From a virus: a stretch of 64,000 nt of DNA. Every line of letters starts with the position of its first letter. The first letter of the stretch is position 1. This document shows positions 40,578 through 49,151 of this stretch, piece by piece. A program made the translations under genes and the position numbers. Where the stretch lies: the IMG/VR virus record IMGVR_UViG_3300047548_001261, positions 1-64,000 of that record, one strand, 5' to 3'. The notes under the pieces are model-generated. The model ran no database searches, was not told the DNA's origin, and saw nothing but the letters and a program-made list of their open reading frames with translations.

Positions 40578-40714
40578 TACCCAGCCCCGTTCGCCTGCAC
40601 CTGTGAATTCAGGTTAAGGGTGCCTGCTAATCTTCCAGTGAGCTTATTCGTGCCCTGGTTAGCCTTCCAAGTGAACTCGCCGGTTTCCTGCTCGTAATTT
40701 ACTAAATCTTTCAT
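40577..40714 (-). pseudogene. HNH endonuclease N-terminal relic
   Basis: MKDLVNYEQETGEFTWK...LAGTLN resembles the N-terminal HNH region at 5817 (LSYNPETGNFTW); 45 aa. Confidence 0.65.
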
Positions 40715-42744
40715 AGTTGTATAACATTCTCAGCCACATCATCTTCCCGGTGAGTTACCGTAAGCGACTGGCCACAAAAAGAGTTTAACGCAAGCATACA
40801 TTGCAGACTCACATCCTTATCCATATCGGCGGAAACTTCGTCCAGGATCAGGCAGTCCAGGTTCGTCGTCGATAACCTAACAAGCCCAAGCTTCATTCCA
40901 AGACCCATCAAAGTTTTCTGCGCACCCGATGCCGACGACTTACTAAACACATGGTCATTCTCTTTATAAGAGATGGCGCCATTGTGGAGCAGCACACTTT
41001 GAATATCTCCCTGCGTCGCTGTCTTGGCAAACTCCGAAGCTACAGAGAAGATTACGTCGTTCGCCTCGGAGACAATACTTGCCCTGTGAGTAGAAAGAAC
41101 CTGTACAATTTCGGCATAAAGCTGAGCTTTGTCGGAGTTTTCCTTTTCCAGTTCTAGCGCTTTCACATGTTTGGCAAAGGCGTCTTGTGCAGTCCGTAAA
41201 GCTTCCTGGAAAGTTCTTAGCTCAGAGGATGCAGCCTCGAATGCCTTGCGGTTATCGGTAGAGTCCTGACAAACCTTATTGAGTTGCGCCGTTAACTCGC
41301 TGAGGTTTATCAACCCGCCGGCAGGTGGAGTCAATGCTGCAAACTCCGTCGTTAGCTGGGTAAAGTCGTCGTTCTCTCTCTGGGTCTGCTTATTTTGCTG
41401 GGTTTCCTCAGCGATTTTCTTTGATAATGCACGGGCTTTCGTCGTTAAATCATCAAGATTATGCCCAGGGTTTTTACCTAATGCGTCATTCGCTGATGCT
41501 AAATCTTTCTTCGCCCTTTCGACCTTTTCCACATAGGATTCGTAAGCGTTGACAAGTTTAGTGTTGGCACGAACCGCTTCGCTTGCTTCAGAAAGCCTTG
41601 CTTTCGCTTCCGCAACCTTGGACTCTAGCCCAGGAATGCTATTTGAAGCCTCTGCCAAAATCTTTTCAAGCGTAGGTAATTCGTGGTAGCCGTCATAAGG
41701 TCTCTTGCACTCAGGGCAAACAGCATCGTGTACCGCAGACCGAAGCCGCTTAACCTCGTCTTGCTTATCGCGCAAAACACCGTTTGCCGCAGTCAACAAA
41801 CCCCCAAGGTGTGCGGTTTCGTCCACGATTTCTTCAACCTTTTCGACAGGCTCTCTTTCCAACCTCGCGAGGATGTCCTTATAAGTTGAAACCTTTTCAA
41901 ACTCCTTATCGTACTTCCGTTGATCTTTCTCTTGTTGATACAGACTAGCAACCTCAGCCTCGTCCTCGACAGTATCGAACAAAGGCTGCAAAGCTAACCC
42001 GTCCAAAGCTTTACGTTTGGTATCGTAAGCGTCCACAGCTTTGTTATGGTTCACTGCTTCCGTCAGCTGTTTCGTCAAGGATGCTGTTTGTGTGTCACAT
42101 GCCTCGCTTGCAGCCTTAAGCCCGCTTAGCGCCTTTTCTGTGTCGGATATATCGCTGGCAAAGATGGTCCTGGCGGTAACATTTTCAGCCACATCGTCGT
42201 CGCTAAGAATGTCTGAAGCATAAGCCGTCGCCAAGGTTGTAAAGTTTGCCTCCCCCTTCCTGGCCGCCTTCACAACCTTGTCCAGCACATCCACACCAAT
42301 ACAAGACTCGATAAACCGCTGAAGTTCAGACCCCTCCATGTCCAGCAAATGCTGAGGGGACCCTTGCGGGCTCATATAAATTTGATTAAATTTCGCTTTG
42401 GTAATGCCCAACTCTTCAACTATTGCCGCATTGACTGCTGTGTGACCTCTGACGAACGGCTCTGCCGAACCCCTTGCGATGTTACTCTCCTTGGACGATC
42501 TCGTCACAGTGAGCCCTGAGCTCAGCGTAAGCACGATCTTGAAGTCCTTTGTGCCCCGACGAATTAAGTCTTTGGTGTCGCAAGGGGCGACGCTGTTACC
42601 GAACAGCGCAACATGAATCGCTTGTAACACCGTGGATTTGCCTTGGTAATTCTTGCCTTTGATGAGGTTTGACCCGTCGGCGAAGTCCAAGGACAACTCA
42701 CTGAAGCGTTTAAAATTGGTCAGGTGTAAAGATTTAAGCTTCAT
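40711..42744 (-). CDS. SbcC/Rad50-like ATPase
   Basis: GKNYQGKST, CPEC zinc hook, ASGAQ signature, LILDE. Confidence 0.9.
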   Translation of the reverse strand: MKLKSLHLTNFKRFSELSLDFADGSNLIKGKNYQGKSTVLQAIHVALFGNSVAPCDTKDLIRRGTKDFKIVLTLSSGLTVTRSSKESNIARGSAEPFVRGHTAVNAAIVEELGITKAKFNQIYMSPQGSPQHLLDMEGSELQRFIESCIGVDVLDKVVKAARKGEANFTTLATAYASDILSDDDVAENVTARTIFASDISDTEKALSGLKAASEACDTQTASLTKQLTEAVNHNKAVDAYDTKRKALDGLALQPLFDTVEDEAEVASLYQQEKDQRKYDKEFEKVSTYKDILARLEREPVEKVEEIVDETAHLGGLLTAANGVLRDKQDEVKRLRSAVHDAVCPECKRPYDGYHELPTLEKILAEASNSIPGLESKVAEAKARLSEASEAVRANTKLVNAYESYVEKVERAKKDLASANDALGKNPGHNLDDLTTKARALSKKIAEETQQNKQTQRENDDFTQLTTEFAALTPPAGGLINLSELTAQLNKVCQDSTDNRKAFEAASSELRTFQEALRTAQDAFAKHVKALELEKENSDKAQLYAEIVQVLSTHRASIVSEANDVIFSVASEFAKTATQGDIQSVLLHNGAISYKENDHVFSKSSASGAQKTLMGLGMKLGLVRLSTTNLDCLILDEVSADMDKDVSLQCMLALNSFCGQSLTVTHREDDVAENVIQL

Positions 42745-43762
42745 TTGATTCTTCCAGTAATTGTTTGAATACCTCTTGGGCGTCGGCACTCAAGCTATCG
42801 GCAATCTTTTCGACCCAGTGAAGTTTGGGGCCATCTTCATCCATAATCACGTCTGTCTCAGCTTTCAGGGACCGAGTATTGGGCTTGATTGCGATCAAGG
42901 TTTCGGACGTTTTATACCACTCGGCAATCCTGGAGTTGATGGCAATGGTCTCACCGATGTCCACGGTGCCGGTTATTTCGATGAACTGTAAAGGGGCGTC
43001 CAGCGGATAGGCAAGGAAATCTTTGTAGTCGAGGGACCTGAACCGACCATCTACCGGCCACACACACTCCTTTGTCCCATCTACGGAAATAAACTTATCC
43101 GTCATCTCCCCAAACGACATCGGTAAGACGGACCCCAACATCGTTACACCTATCATTGGCTCCCGATAATTGTGCTCATGGCCGGAGATGATCGCGTCGA
43201 AATGCTTCATTGCGTGACCGCCGTGCTCGTCAGACATCAGGTGTGCTGCTACATTAGGCCTTAAATAATTTTCCGTCTCTGTCCCAGGTTGGTCGCCAAA
43301 GTTGCAGTGAAGTACCAGGATGTTGTACTTTTCAGTGTTCGGAAAGTTTTTGGCGCTTGCCAGCATCGTATCAAACTTTTCTTGGGTCAACTGGTGAGGT
43401 AGCAGGGTGTACTTTGTGGACTCAGTTTCAAAGAAGTAAGGTTGTTCCCAAGCAATTGTGCAACCGGTTTTGCGAAGTAGATTTACTGCCGATTCTTTTT
43501 CCGTGTTGTTGGATACATCGTGATTCCCTGAAAGGACGACTTCGCATGACGCGGCAAACATGTAACCTTCGACAAAGGTCTCTGAGTTGCAAGAGAAGCT
43601 GTCGAATAAATCCCCAGCCTGGATAATGCTTCCCTTGTACTCTTCGGTAAACCATATTAAAAGGTCTTTCTTGTACTGCGCCCACCGTGCCGCAGTTTTG
43701 GTTGATGTGAAAGGGAAAGGTTTTCCCAAGTGGATGTCGCCGACTATTGTTATGTTATTCAT
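42734..43762 (-). CDS. SbcD/Mre11-like nuclease
   Basis: GDIHLG, AGDLFD, GNHD, SGHEH. Confidence 0.9.
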   Translation of the reverse strand: MNNITIVGDIHLGKPFPFTSTKTAARWAQYKKDLLIWFTEEYKGSIIQAGDLFDSFSCNSETFVEGYMFAASCEVVLSGNHDVSNNTEKESAVNLLRKTGCTIAWEQPYFFETESTKYTLLPHQLTQEKFDTMLASAKNFPNTEKYNILVLHCNFGDQPGTETENYLRPNVAAHLMSDEHGGHAMKHFDAIISGHEHNYREPMIGVTMLGSVLPMSFGEMTDKFISVDGTKECVWPVDGRFRSLDYKDFLAYPLDAPLQFIEITGTVDIGETIAINSRIAEWYKTSETLIAIKPNTRSLKAETDVIMDEDGPKLHWVEKIADSLSADAQEVFKQLLEESNEA

Positions 43763-43790
43763 GATATTTGTCCCCTGTTTTATTTGTAAT

Positions 43791-43809
43791 GTGATGTATT
43801 ATACATCAC
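43791..43809 (-). promoter_or_regulatory. palindromic operator overlapping a TATAAT -10 box
   Basis: GTGATGTATTATACATCAC. Confidence 0.65.
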
Positions 43810-44294
43810 TTTAAAATGTCAAGTAAAGCCGAGATCACCGACGATTCTGCGTTGCCGCTACCGAACGAATCAGCAGCAAGTTTCCGGCACCTGGGGGGCG
43901 CAAGGTACGCCGCAACAATATCCCGCATGTCCCACCACTCGAAGGCCTTAGACTTGTGACTGTAAAATGCCGCTGTTGCAAGGTTGCCTGCACGCATCCA
44001 GAGCCTTGCCCCTTTTATCTGATCTTCAGAAAATACATTCCTAAGTACAGTTTCCCTCAAGCTTTTGTGAATAATGCTTGATTTAACCTCCAACAAAGAC
44101 ACTTTGCCCTGATAAGTGACAATGAAATCGGCGGGCTGGGAAGGTAGAAAATTACCTCCCGTAGCTACCCCTGCCGAAGTAGAATCATAGAGCCGCACAA
44201 ATGTGGCTCTATGCGTTCTCTCGAAGAGAATTAACGCGTCTTGGATTAATCCCTCCGCGCCCTTACCGTCGTTGCGCTTACCTTTTACTTCCAC
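43806..44294 (-). CDS. Holliday junction resolvase (RecU/Hjc-like PD-(D/E)xK)
   Basis: GKGAE...PADFI...LLEVKS. Confidence 0.75.
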   Translation of the reverse strand: MEVKGKRNDGKGAEGLIQDALILFERTHRATFVRLYDSTSAGVATGGNFLPSQPADFIVTYQGKVSLLEVKSSIIHKSLRETVLRNVFSEDQIKGARLWMRAGNLATAAFYSHKSKAFEWWDMRDIVAAYLAPPRCRKLAADSFGSGNAESSVISALLDILK

Positions 44295-45042
44295 AGCTCC
44301 CCCTAAAAATCTTCTCCAGTGAAGGTAGATGTTCTAATAAACCCGCACGGGAGCAACGAGATGTAAACTCATCAATAGAGTCCTCCAAGACGTGTCCACT
44401 TTGGGTCATCGTCTGGAAAACCGATAAGAGTTTATCTTTCGTACCCCCGCCGAAGCCCTCCCCCTCGTCTAAAATGTCAAGGAATCGCTGGATAAAACGC
44501 TGGTTGTATGTGTGCGAGCTCCTCCCCAGCAGAATATGCTCGACCTTTGCCAGGACTCTCCGGAGAACAACTTCGTTTTCATACTGATCCTTACCTAACG
44601 ACATGATGTGCTTAATGAACTCTACTGCATACCCGCTATCGTCAAAGTCAATTAGGGTAGAGTTCGCAAGTCGGCCAGCCTTCTCTCCAGAAACCCTGTA
44701 CTGCGCCCCGTGGCAACCCCTCGCCACCGCACAAGGAAACGTGGACCCGTCCTGCAGCGCAACGTAGGGGGAAAGGTCATGCGCCTCGCACATCGTCCGG
44801 TAAGCTTCCGTAAGGACCTCTGTATAGTGGGCATTGGCCATGAAAGCCTCAACCTCGTCCCCCTCTTTGGCAAGGTTATTGGGGATGTATACATACTCAT
44901 CGGATTCGCCAGAAACAGACCACGCTTTAATATCTGTCACGGCAGGTGGCTTCTTGAACACAGAGTCCCAGATAAGCTTACCGATGGGTGCCATTGCATC
45001 AAAGTCTTCTCCGTCTGTTTTCAGTGTCACTTGCAAACTCAT
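44278..45042 (-). CDS. hypothetical protein
   Basis: 254-aa ORF coupled to neighbours. Confidence 0.6.
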   Translation of the reverse strand: MSLQVTLKTDGEDFDAMAPIGKLIWDSVFKKPPAVTDIKAWSVSGESDEYVYIPNNLAKEGDEVEAFMANAHYTEVLTEAYRTMCEAHDLSPYVALQDGSTFPCAVARGCHGAQYRVSGEKAGRLANSTLIDFDDSGYAVEFIKHIMSLGKDQYENEVVLRRVLAKVEHILLGRSSHTYNQRFIQRFLDILDEGEGFGGGTKDKLLSVFQTMTQSGHVLEDSIDEFTSRCSRAGLLEHLPSLEKIFRGSCGSKR

Positions 45043-45266
45043 GGGGTGCTAGCCTCGTGTTGGTTGGTGTCTAAGCTGTTGTAAAGCCGTCGATCAACCG
45101 AGTAAGAAGCTGGCTTTAACCTACCCTCTTTTTCCTTGGAGTCTCGGACAGTCTCGGCACCGGCGTTACGGGCCTCGGTGTAACAGGCTTGCTCTATGGA
45201 CAGGCCTTTGAGTTTTGTACCATAACGGTTGTAGAAAGTTACTTGGTAGTTGCCCGTGGTAATCAT
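45039..45266 (-). CDS. hypothetical protein
   Basis: ORF coupled to neighbours. Confidence 0.55.
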   Translation of the reverse strand: MITTGNYQVTFYNRYGTKLKGLSIEQACYTEARNAGAETVRDSKEKEGRLKPASYSVDRRLYNSLDTNQHEASTP

Positions 45267-46288
45267 TGTACAAAGTCCCCTGTAGAACCGAACCCATTAT
45301 CACCCCTTTCGGAGTCCTCCAGACTCGCCACCCGTTCATAAAAATCTAAATTAACAGGGATAGTTAGAAGTTGTGCTATTTTTTGACCGATATTTACCTC
45401 GTAAGCCTTATCTCCTAAGTTATATAGATGAACAAGAACCTCTCCCGTATATCCGCTATCAATACACCCGGCTCCGACCTCTATTTTATGCTTTACAGAT
45501 AACCCGCTTCTTGACCAAATTAGGCCGACGAAGCCATCTGGTACATTGATTTTTATCCCTGTCGAGATTATTTGACTACCTCCAGCCAGTATTGTTGTCT
45601 TGACGCAGGATAATATATCGAGACCCGCATCTAATCTGACATTTTTTGTTAACTGGGAACCAGTAGATTGCCCAGAATCCGCTAGCTTACCTTTTGCTGA
45701 CCTAGCAGCATTATGTAAAGCTGTGTGTTCTCCCCTCGTCATAACTTCCAAATTACTTAAGGAATTGTTTAACCTGTTTTCATCGACATGGTGGACGTCA
45801 AACTCTGGATTTAAATACCAACCCCCTTCTATTTCTTGCAGAAACCTGTATTGGTGTGTAGCCCTTAAGTAATGCTCCATAATCAACCTGTGTAGGCGTA
45901 TATCATCGTCGCAAGTCCTATAGGGGTGTGTGTAGTTTTTCACTAAAACGTACCCGTTAGGCCCTACACGAATACCAGACACCCAAGAAGAGTTTTCAGG
46001 GCCTTTTACTCCGAACTGGTGGTTAAGCTCTCCCACCATTCTTTTGCTACGAGCGACCTTACCACAATCATACGAGCAAGTTATGTCACCCGGATTTACA
46101 CGCTTAGCTAAGTGGCTTGGCTTTAAGTGGAAAGGTTTTGCACAAACCGAGCACTGTACGTTGTTAGTCGCCCTGAATCTCACGCCCATACACTCCTTAG
46201 AGCAGCAATGGTGTTTATTATTCTCCATACGCTGTCTGGACAACTCAAAAGGTTTTCCGCAGACTTCGCAGTCAACTATTACTTGCAT
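45263..46288 (-). CDS. dut: zinc ribbon-HNH endonuclease fused to trimeric dUTPase
   Basis: HRLIME...VHHVDENRLNN..NLE, then DAGLDI, RSG, GCIDSGYTG, IAQL, RGDNGFGSTG. Confidence 0.85.
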   Translation of the reverse strand: MQVIVDCEVCGKPFELSRQRMENNKHHCCSKECMGVRFRATNNVQCSVCAKPFHLKPSHLAKRVNPGDITCSYDCGKVARSKRMVGELNHQFGVKGPENSSWVSGIRVGPNGYVLVKNYTHPYRTCDDDIRLHRLIMEHYLRATHQYRFLQEIEGGWYLNPEFDVHHVDENRLNNSLSNLEVMTRGEHTALHNAARSAKGKLADSGQSTGSQLTKNVRLDAGLDILSCVKTTILAGGSQIISTGIKINVPDGFVGLIWSRSGLSVKHKIEVGAGCIDSGYTGEVLVHLYNLGDKAYEVNIGQKIAQLLTIPVNLDFYERVASLEDSERGDNGFGSTGDFVQ

Positions 46289-46790
46289 CTTTCCTCTCCA
46301 AAATTGTGTGATATTTTCTTTCAGCTTCTGCCCGAGCAGCTATTGCCGAGGCAGCATCCAAATATGACCCCAGGTAGGTCGGTTCTCCGCACGAAACTAT
46401 TGTGGCGATATACCTGCCCCTAACCTTTTTTACCCCTTTAGGTAACCCTCCCTTGCCTCCTTTCCTGTTCTGCATAACTACAGAAGAAGTTGTGTCGACC
46501 AGATTGTCAGGCAGGTTATTGTCCATATCTTTGTCTCTGTGTGTCACAAGATTTTTCGGCCACTCTCCAGTGTCCCAAAGCACTGCCAATCGGTGTGCGG
46601 CGAAAGGTACGCATCTGATACCGATAATCCGATACCCCGTCTTAGCACATTTAAACCCTGCCGGTAGCCCCGTTTTGGCTCTTCCCTTGGGGTTTATCCA
46701 GTAAAACTTCCCGTCTTCCCTAAGTTCCAGCAACTCTTTAAGCGTGCGTTGAGTGACTAAACTCTGCTTCTTACACGAGGATGTAGACAT
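46272..46790 (-). CDS. HNH-AP2 homing endonuclease (possibly degenerate)
   Basis: AAHRLA, VTHRD..DNNLPDNL, YLGSY. Confidence 0.8.
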   Translation of the reverse strand: MSTSSCKKQSLVTQRTLKELLELREDGKFYWINPKGRAKTGLPAGFKCAKTGYRIIGIRCVPFAAHRLAVLWDTGEWPKNLVTHRDKDMDNNLPDNLVDTTSSVVMQNRKGGKGGLPKGVKKVRGRYIATIVSCGEPTYLGSYLDAASAIAARAEAERKYHTILERKDASNS

Positions 46791-48033
46791 TGTATCTAGC
46801 CCTCGTCAATGCAACATAAAAAGCTCTGTCAGCTTCTGCCAGAATCCGGTTTTTGTAAATATCCTGGAAATCCAAGAAGATGTTATCGAAGGTGCTGCCC
46901 TGGGTCTTATGAGTTGTTAAAGCCCCTAGGGGACGAAGATCGCAAAAAGACTCTTTCAGCCGGTAATAAGGCCTCCAGTCATTACTCGTCTTGGCGTTTT
47001 CTGCCAATCTCAAAACCCGTTTCTTGTAGTCTTCCCCACAGGTTTGGTAATCAAGCACATCCACAGGGGTGGGTAACTCGACGCCGTCCAATGACAAGAT
47101 AACTTTCCACCCTGTTAATTCCGAATAGTTCGAGTGAACCATCGGCTCCATTTGTTTAACAGTGAACTCCTCACCGGCATTGAAAATCACTGTGTCGTCC
47201 AGGGTGTAAGCCTCATTGACGACAACAAACTCGCCCTCACTGAACGGGACAGATATGTCCTTGCCCTGTAAATTGCGGATAATCTGGTTGTATTCCCTGA
47301 CGGTTTCGTTTCTCCAGGCTGTGATCCGGAAAGAGTCCGGATCGTGCTTTTCAATGTATCTTCCAAGGCGATCCAAGGCTGGGGCCCGTCTCATCTTATA
47401 AACTCCCATTCCCTCGAACTCGCCCGTGACAATAGGCGGGGCTTCTCCGAGTTTGATGGCGCCCCGGATTGCGGTCGCAGCCTTAATTATTGGACTGTCG
47501 GCAGCTTGCCTGACGATTTGGTTCAGCTCAAACTGGTATCTGCCATAGTCAGCCGCAAACAGAGGCGGGTGAATTTCGCCGACAGGGTTTAACTGGTAAG
47601 GGTCTCCTGCGTAAATGTACTTTCTTCCCCAGTCTTCAATGTCCTTTAGGATGAAACTGCGGAGGATTGAATCTACCATACTAGCTTCGTCGAGTTCCAC
47701 GGTTCTTACGTCAATGAATGCCGAAGGGTCGTAATTGTTCTTCCGGACAAGCATTTGTTTATCCTTGGACATCTTTGGCCTAAGCCCAAGGAAACTATGG
47801 ATGGTTGAGCACTCTGTTCGTGTCAGCCTTGTTTTCAAGACATCCACACTTTTGTGAGTAGGGCCAGTACCGATCAGGGAACCATCAGGAACAAGGTTTT
47901 GCGTACTGTCCAGCAAGAACGTCTTCCCGGTCCCGGCGCTGCCTTTTATAAGCAGCTCATGCGCCCGGTCATCATCAAGGAATCGCTCTACCAGGTCGAG
48001 TGCGCCTTGCTGGTCTTTGGTTAGTTCAATCAT
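46771..48033 (-). CDS. Dda/RecD-like SF1 helicase
   Basis: GSAGTGKT, DEASM, GDPYQL, THKTQGST, YVALTRA. Confidence 0.9.
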   Translation of the reverse strand: MIELTKDQQGALDLVERFLDDDRAHELLIKGSAGTGKTFLLDSTQNLVPDGSLIGTGPTHKSVDVLKTRLTRTECSTIHSFLGLRPKMSKDKQMLVRKNNYDPSAFIDVRTVELDEASMVDSILRSFILKDIEDWGRKYIYAGDPYQLNPVGEIHPPLFAADYGRYQFELNQIVRQAADSPIIKAATAIRGAIKLGEAPPIVTGEFEGMGVYKMRRAPALDRLGRYIEKHDPDSFRITAWRNETVREYNQIIRNLQGKDISVPFSEGEFVVVNEAYTLDDTVIFNAGEEFTVKQMEPMVHSNYSELTGWKVILSLDGVELPTPVDVLDYQTCGEDYKKRVLRLAENAKTSNDWRPYYRLKESFCDLRPLGALTTHKTQGSTFDNIFLDFQDIYKNRILAEADRAFYVALTRARYNVYILV

Positions 48034-49091
48034 TTCGGGTCTCCTATCGCCACAGCCACAGGAAATTGTGGCACGGAATTTGCAGTCTGTGTCATTGCAA
48101 AATACCGGATAGTTGCTTGATTACCCACGCAAGCCCCGTCCATCAACGACTGCCGGTAATCCAAGGTGCCGCGTGGTCGGGCCCGGAATTCATTGCCTTG
48201 GTCTGTCAGAAGCACCAAGACCGCCCCACCTTCTTTATCTTCTTCAACCCCCACAATAATAAATTCAGCCTCTTTGAAGTTTTTGTATTTAAAAATGCCT
48301 GTAGTCCGCTCACCGAAGGCGTACTGACTATCTAAATTGCGGATAATCAAGCCCTCGAATCCTGCCTGAACGTATTTGTTGTGCAGATCGACCATCGAGT
48401 CTTTGGTTATTGGCTCATAATTAACGATCTGTAAGTGAGGTTGTTCGACCAGCCCGCCATCATAGAACATATTGGACATGACCCCATGTCTTGTTAGAAA
48501 GCTGCCGGAGTCGTCGGCTATATCGAAAGCATGAAATTCCAATTGATCCGTCAGAGGCCTCCACTTCCTTGCTGCACCCAGGATGTCATTTAAAGGGGCC
48601 CCCCTTAAATAGAGTTCCCCGTCTAAAGGCCGGTTAACACCTTTCATTTGCTCAAGGATGTGTTCAGGGGCGTCATAAAACGTCCCCTCACGGGACTGGA
48701 GCTTGTGAATTTCTGGGCGATACAAGCAACGGAGGCCGTCAAGCTTCGGCTCCCCTACTACTTGCCCCCAAGGGATTCTGTGTCCGACCTTGGTTGCGTC
48801 CAACGCCAGTTCAGGTTGCAAATAAAGCGGGGGCTTGTCCAAATCCCCGGATATCGTGTAAAGCTCCCGCTCGACTTGTTTAACCCAACGGGCTTTTGCT
48901 TCAGCTACAGCTTGCTCGTGGGCGTTTGTTTCATTAGCCTTGCCAATGTTCTTGCCTTTGACTTTCGTGGTTTTGGAAATAGATTTGCCGCCCTCCTCGC
49001 CGTAAGTTACAGTGAAGGTATCGCCCTGGACAGAGACGGACCATGTGCGGAGTTTGCCGGTTGATGTCTTTTTATATAGTGTTTCAAGCAT
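48030..49091 (-). CDS. ATP-dependent DNA ligase
   Basis: PKLDGLRC, LDGELY, EGLIIR, KYK, PQFP. Confidence 0.9.
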   Translation of the reverse strand: MLETLYKKTSTGKLRTWSVSVQGDTFTVTYGEEGGKSISKTTKVKGKNIGKANETNAHEQAVAEAKARWVKQVERELYTISGDLDKPPLYLQPELALDATKVGHRIPWGQVVGEPKLDGLRCLYRPEIHKLQSREGTFYDAPEHILEQMKGVNRPLDGELYLRGAPLNDILGAARKWRPLTDQLEFHAFDIADDSGSFLTRHGVMSNMFYDGGLVEQPHLQIVNYEPITKDSMVDLHNKYVQAGFEGLIIRNLDSQYAFGERTTGIFKYKNFKEAEFIIVGVEEDKEGGAVLVLLTDQGNEFRARPRGTLDYRQSLMDGACVGNQATIRYFAMTQTANSVPQFPVAVAIGDPK

Positions 49092-49151
49092 TTGTTACCC
49101 TCTCGTTAGTTGCGAATTTATCTATCTATCTATCTATCTCTTCGATGTTCA

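Larger units (their letters stand above)
37152..40580 (+). mobile_element. integron-type gene cassette array lacking an integrase (CALIN-like): 9 attC sites, 8 cassettes
   Basis: Repeated RYYYAAC-5nt-L''(8)...L'(7)-5nt-GTTRRRY imperfect palindromes separating single ORFs. Confidence 0.88.

Noticed and set aside
37152-40580. Plain rho-independent terminators or REP elements
   Set aside because: No U-tracts; conserved R/L box spacing and extrahelical bases fit attC
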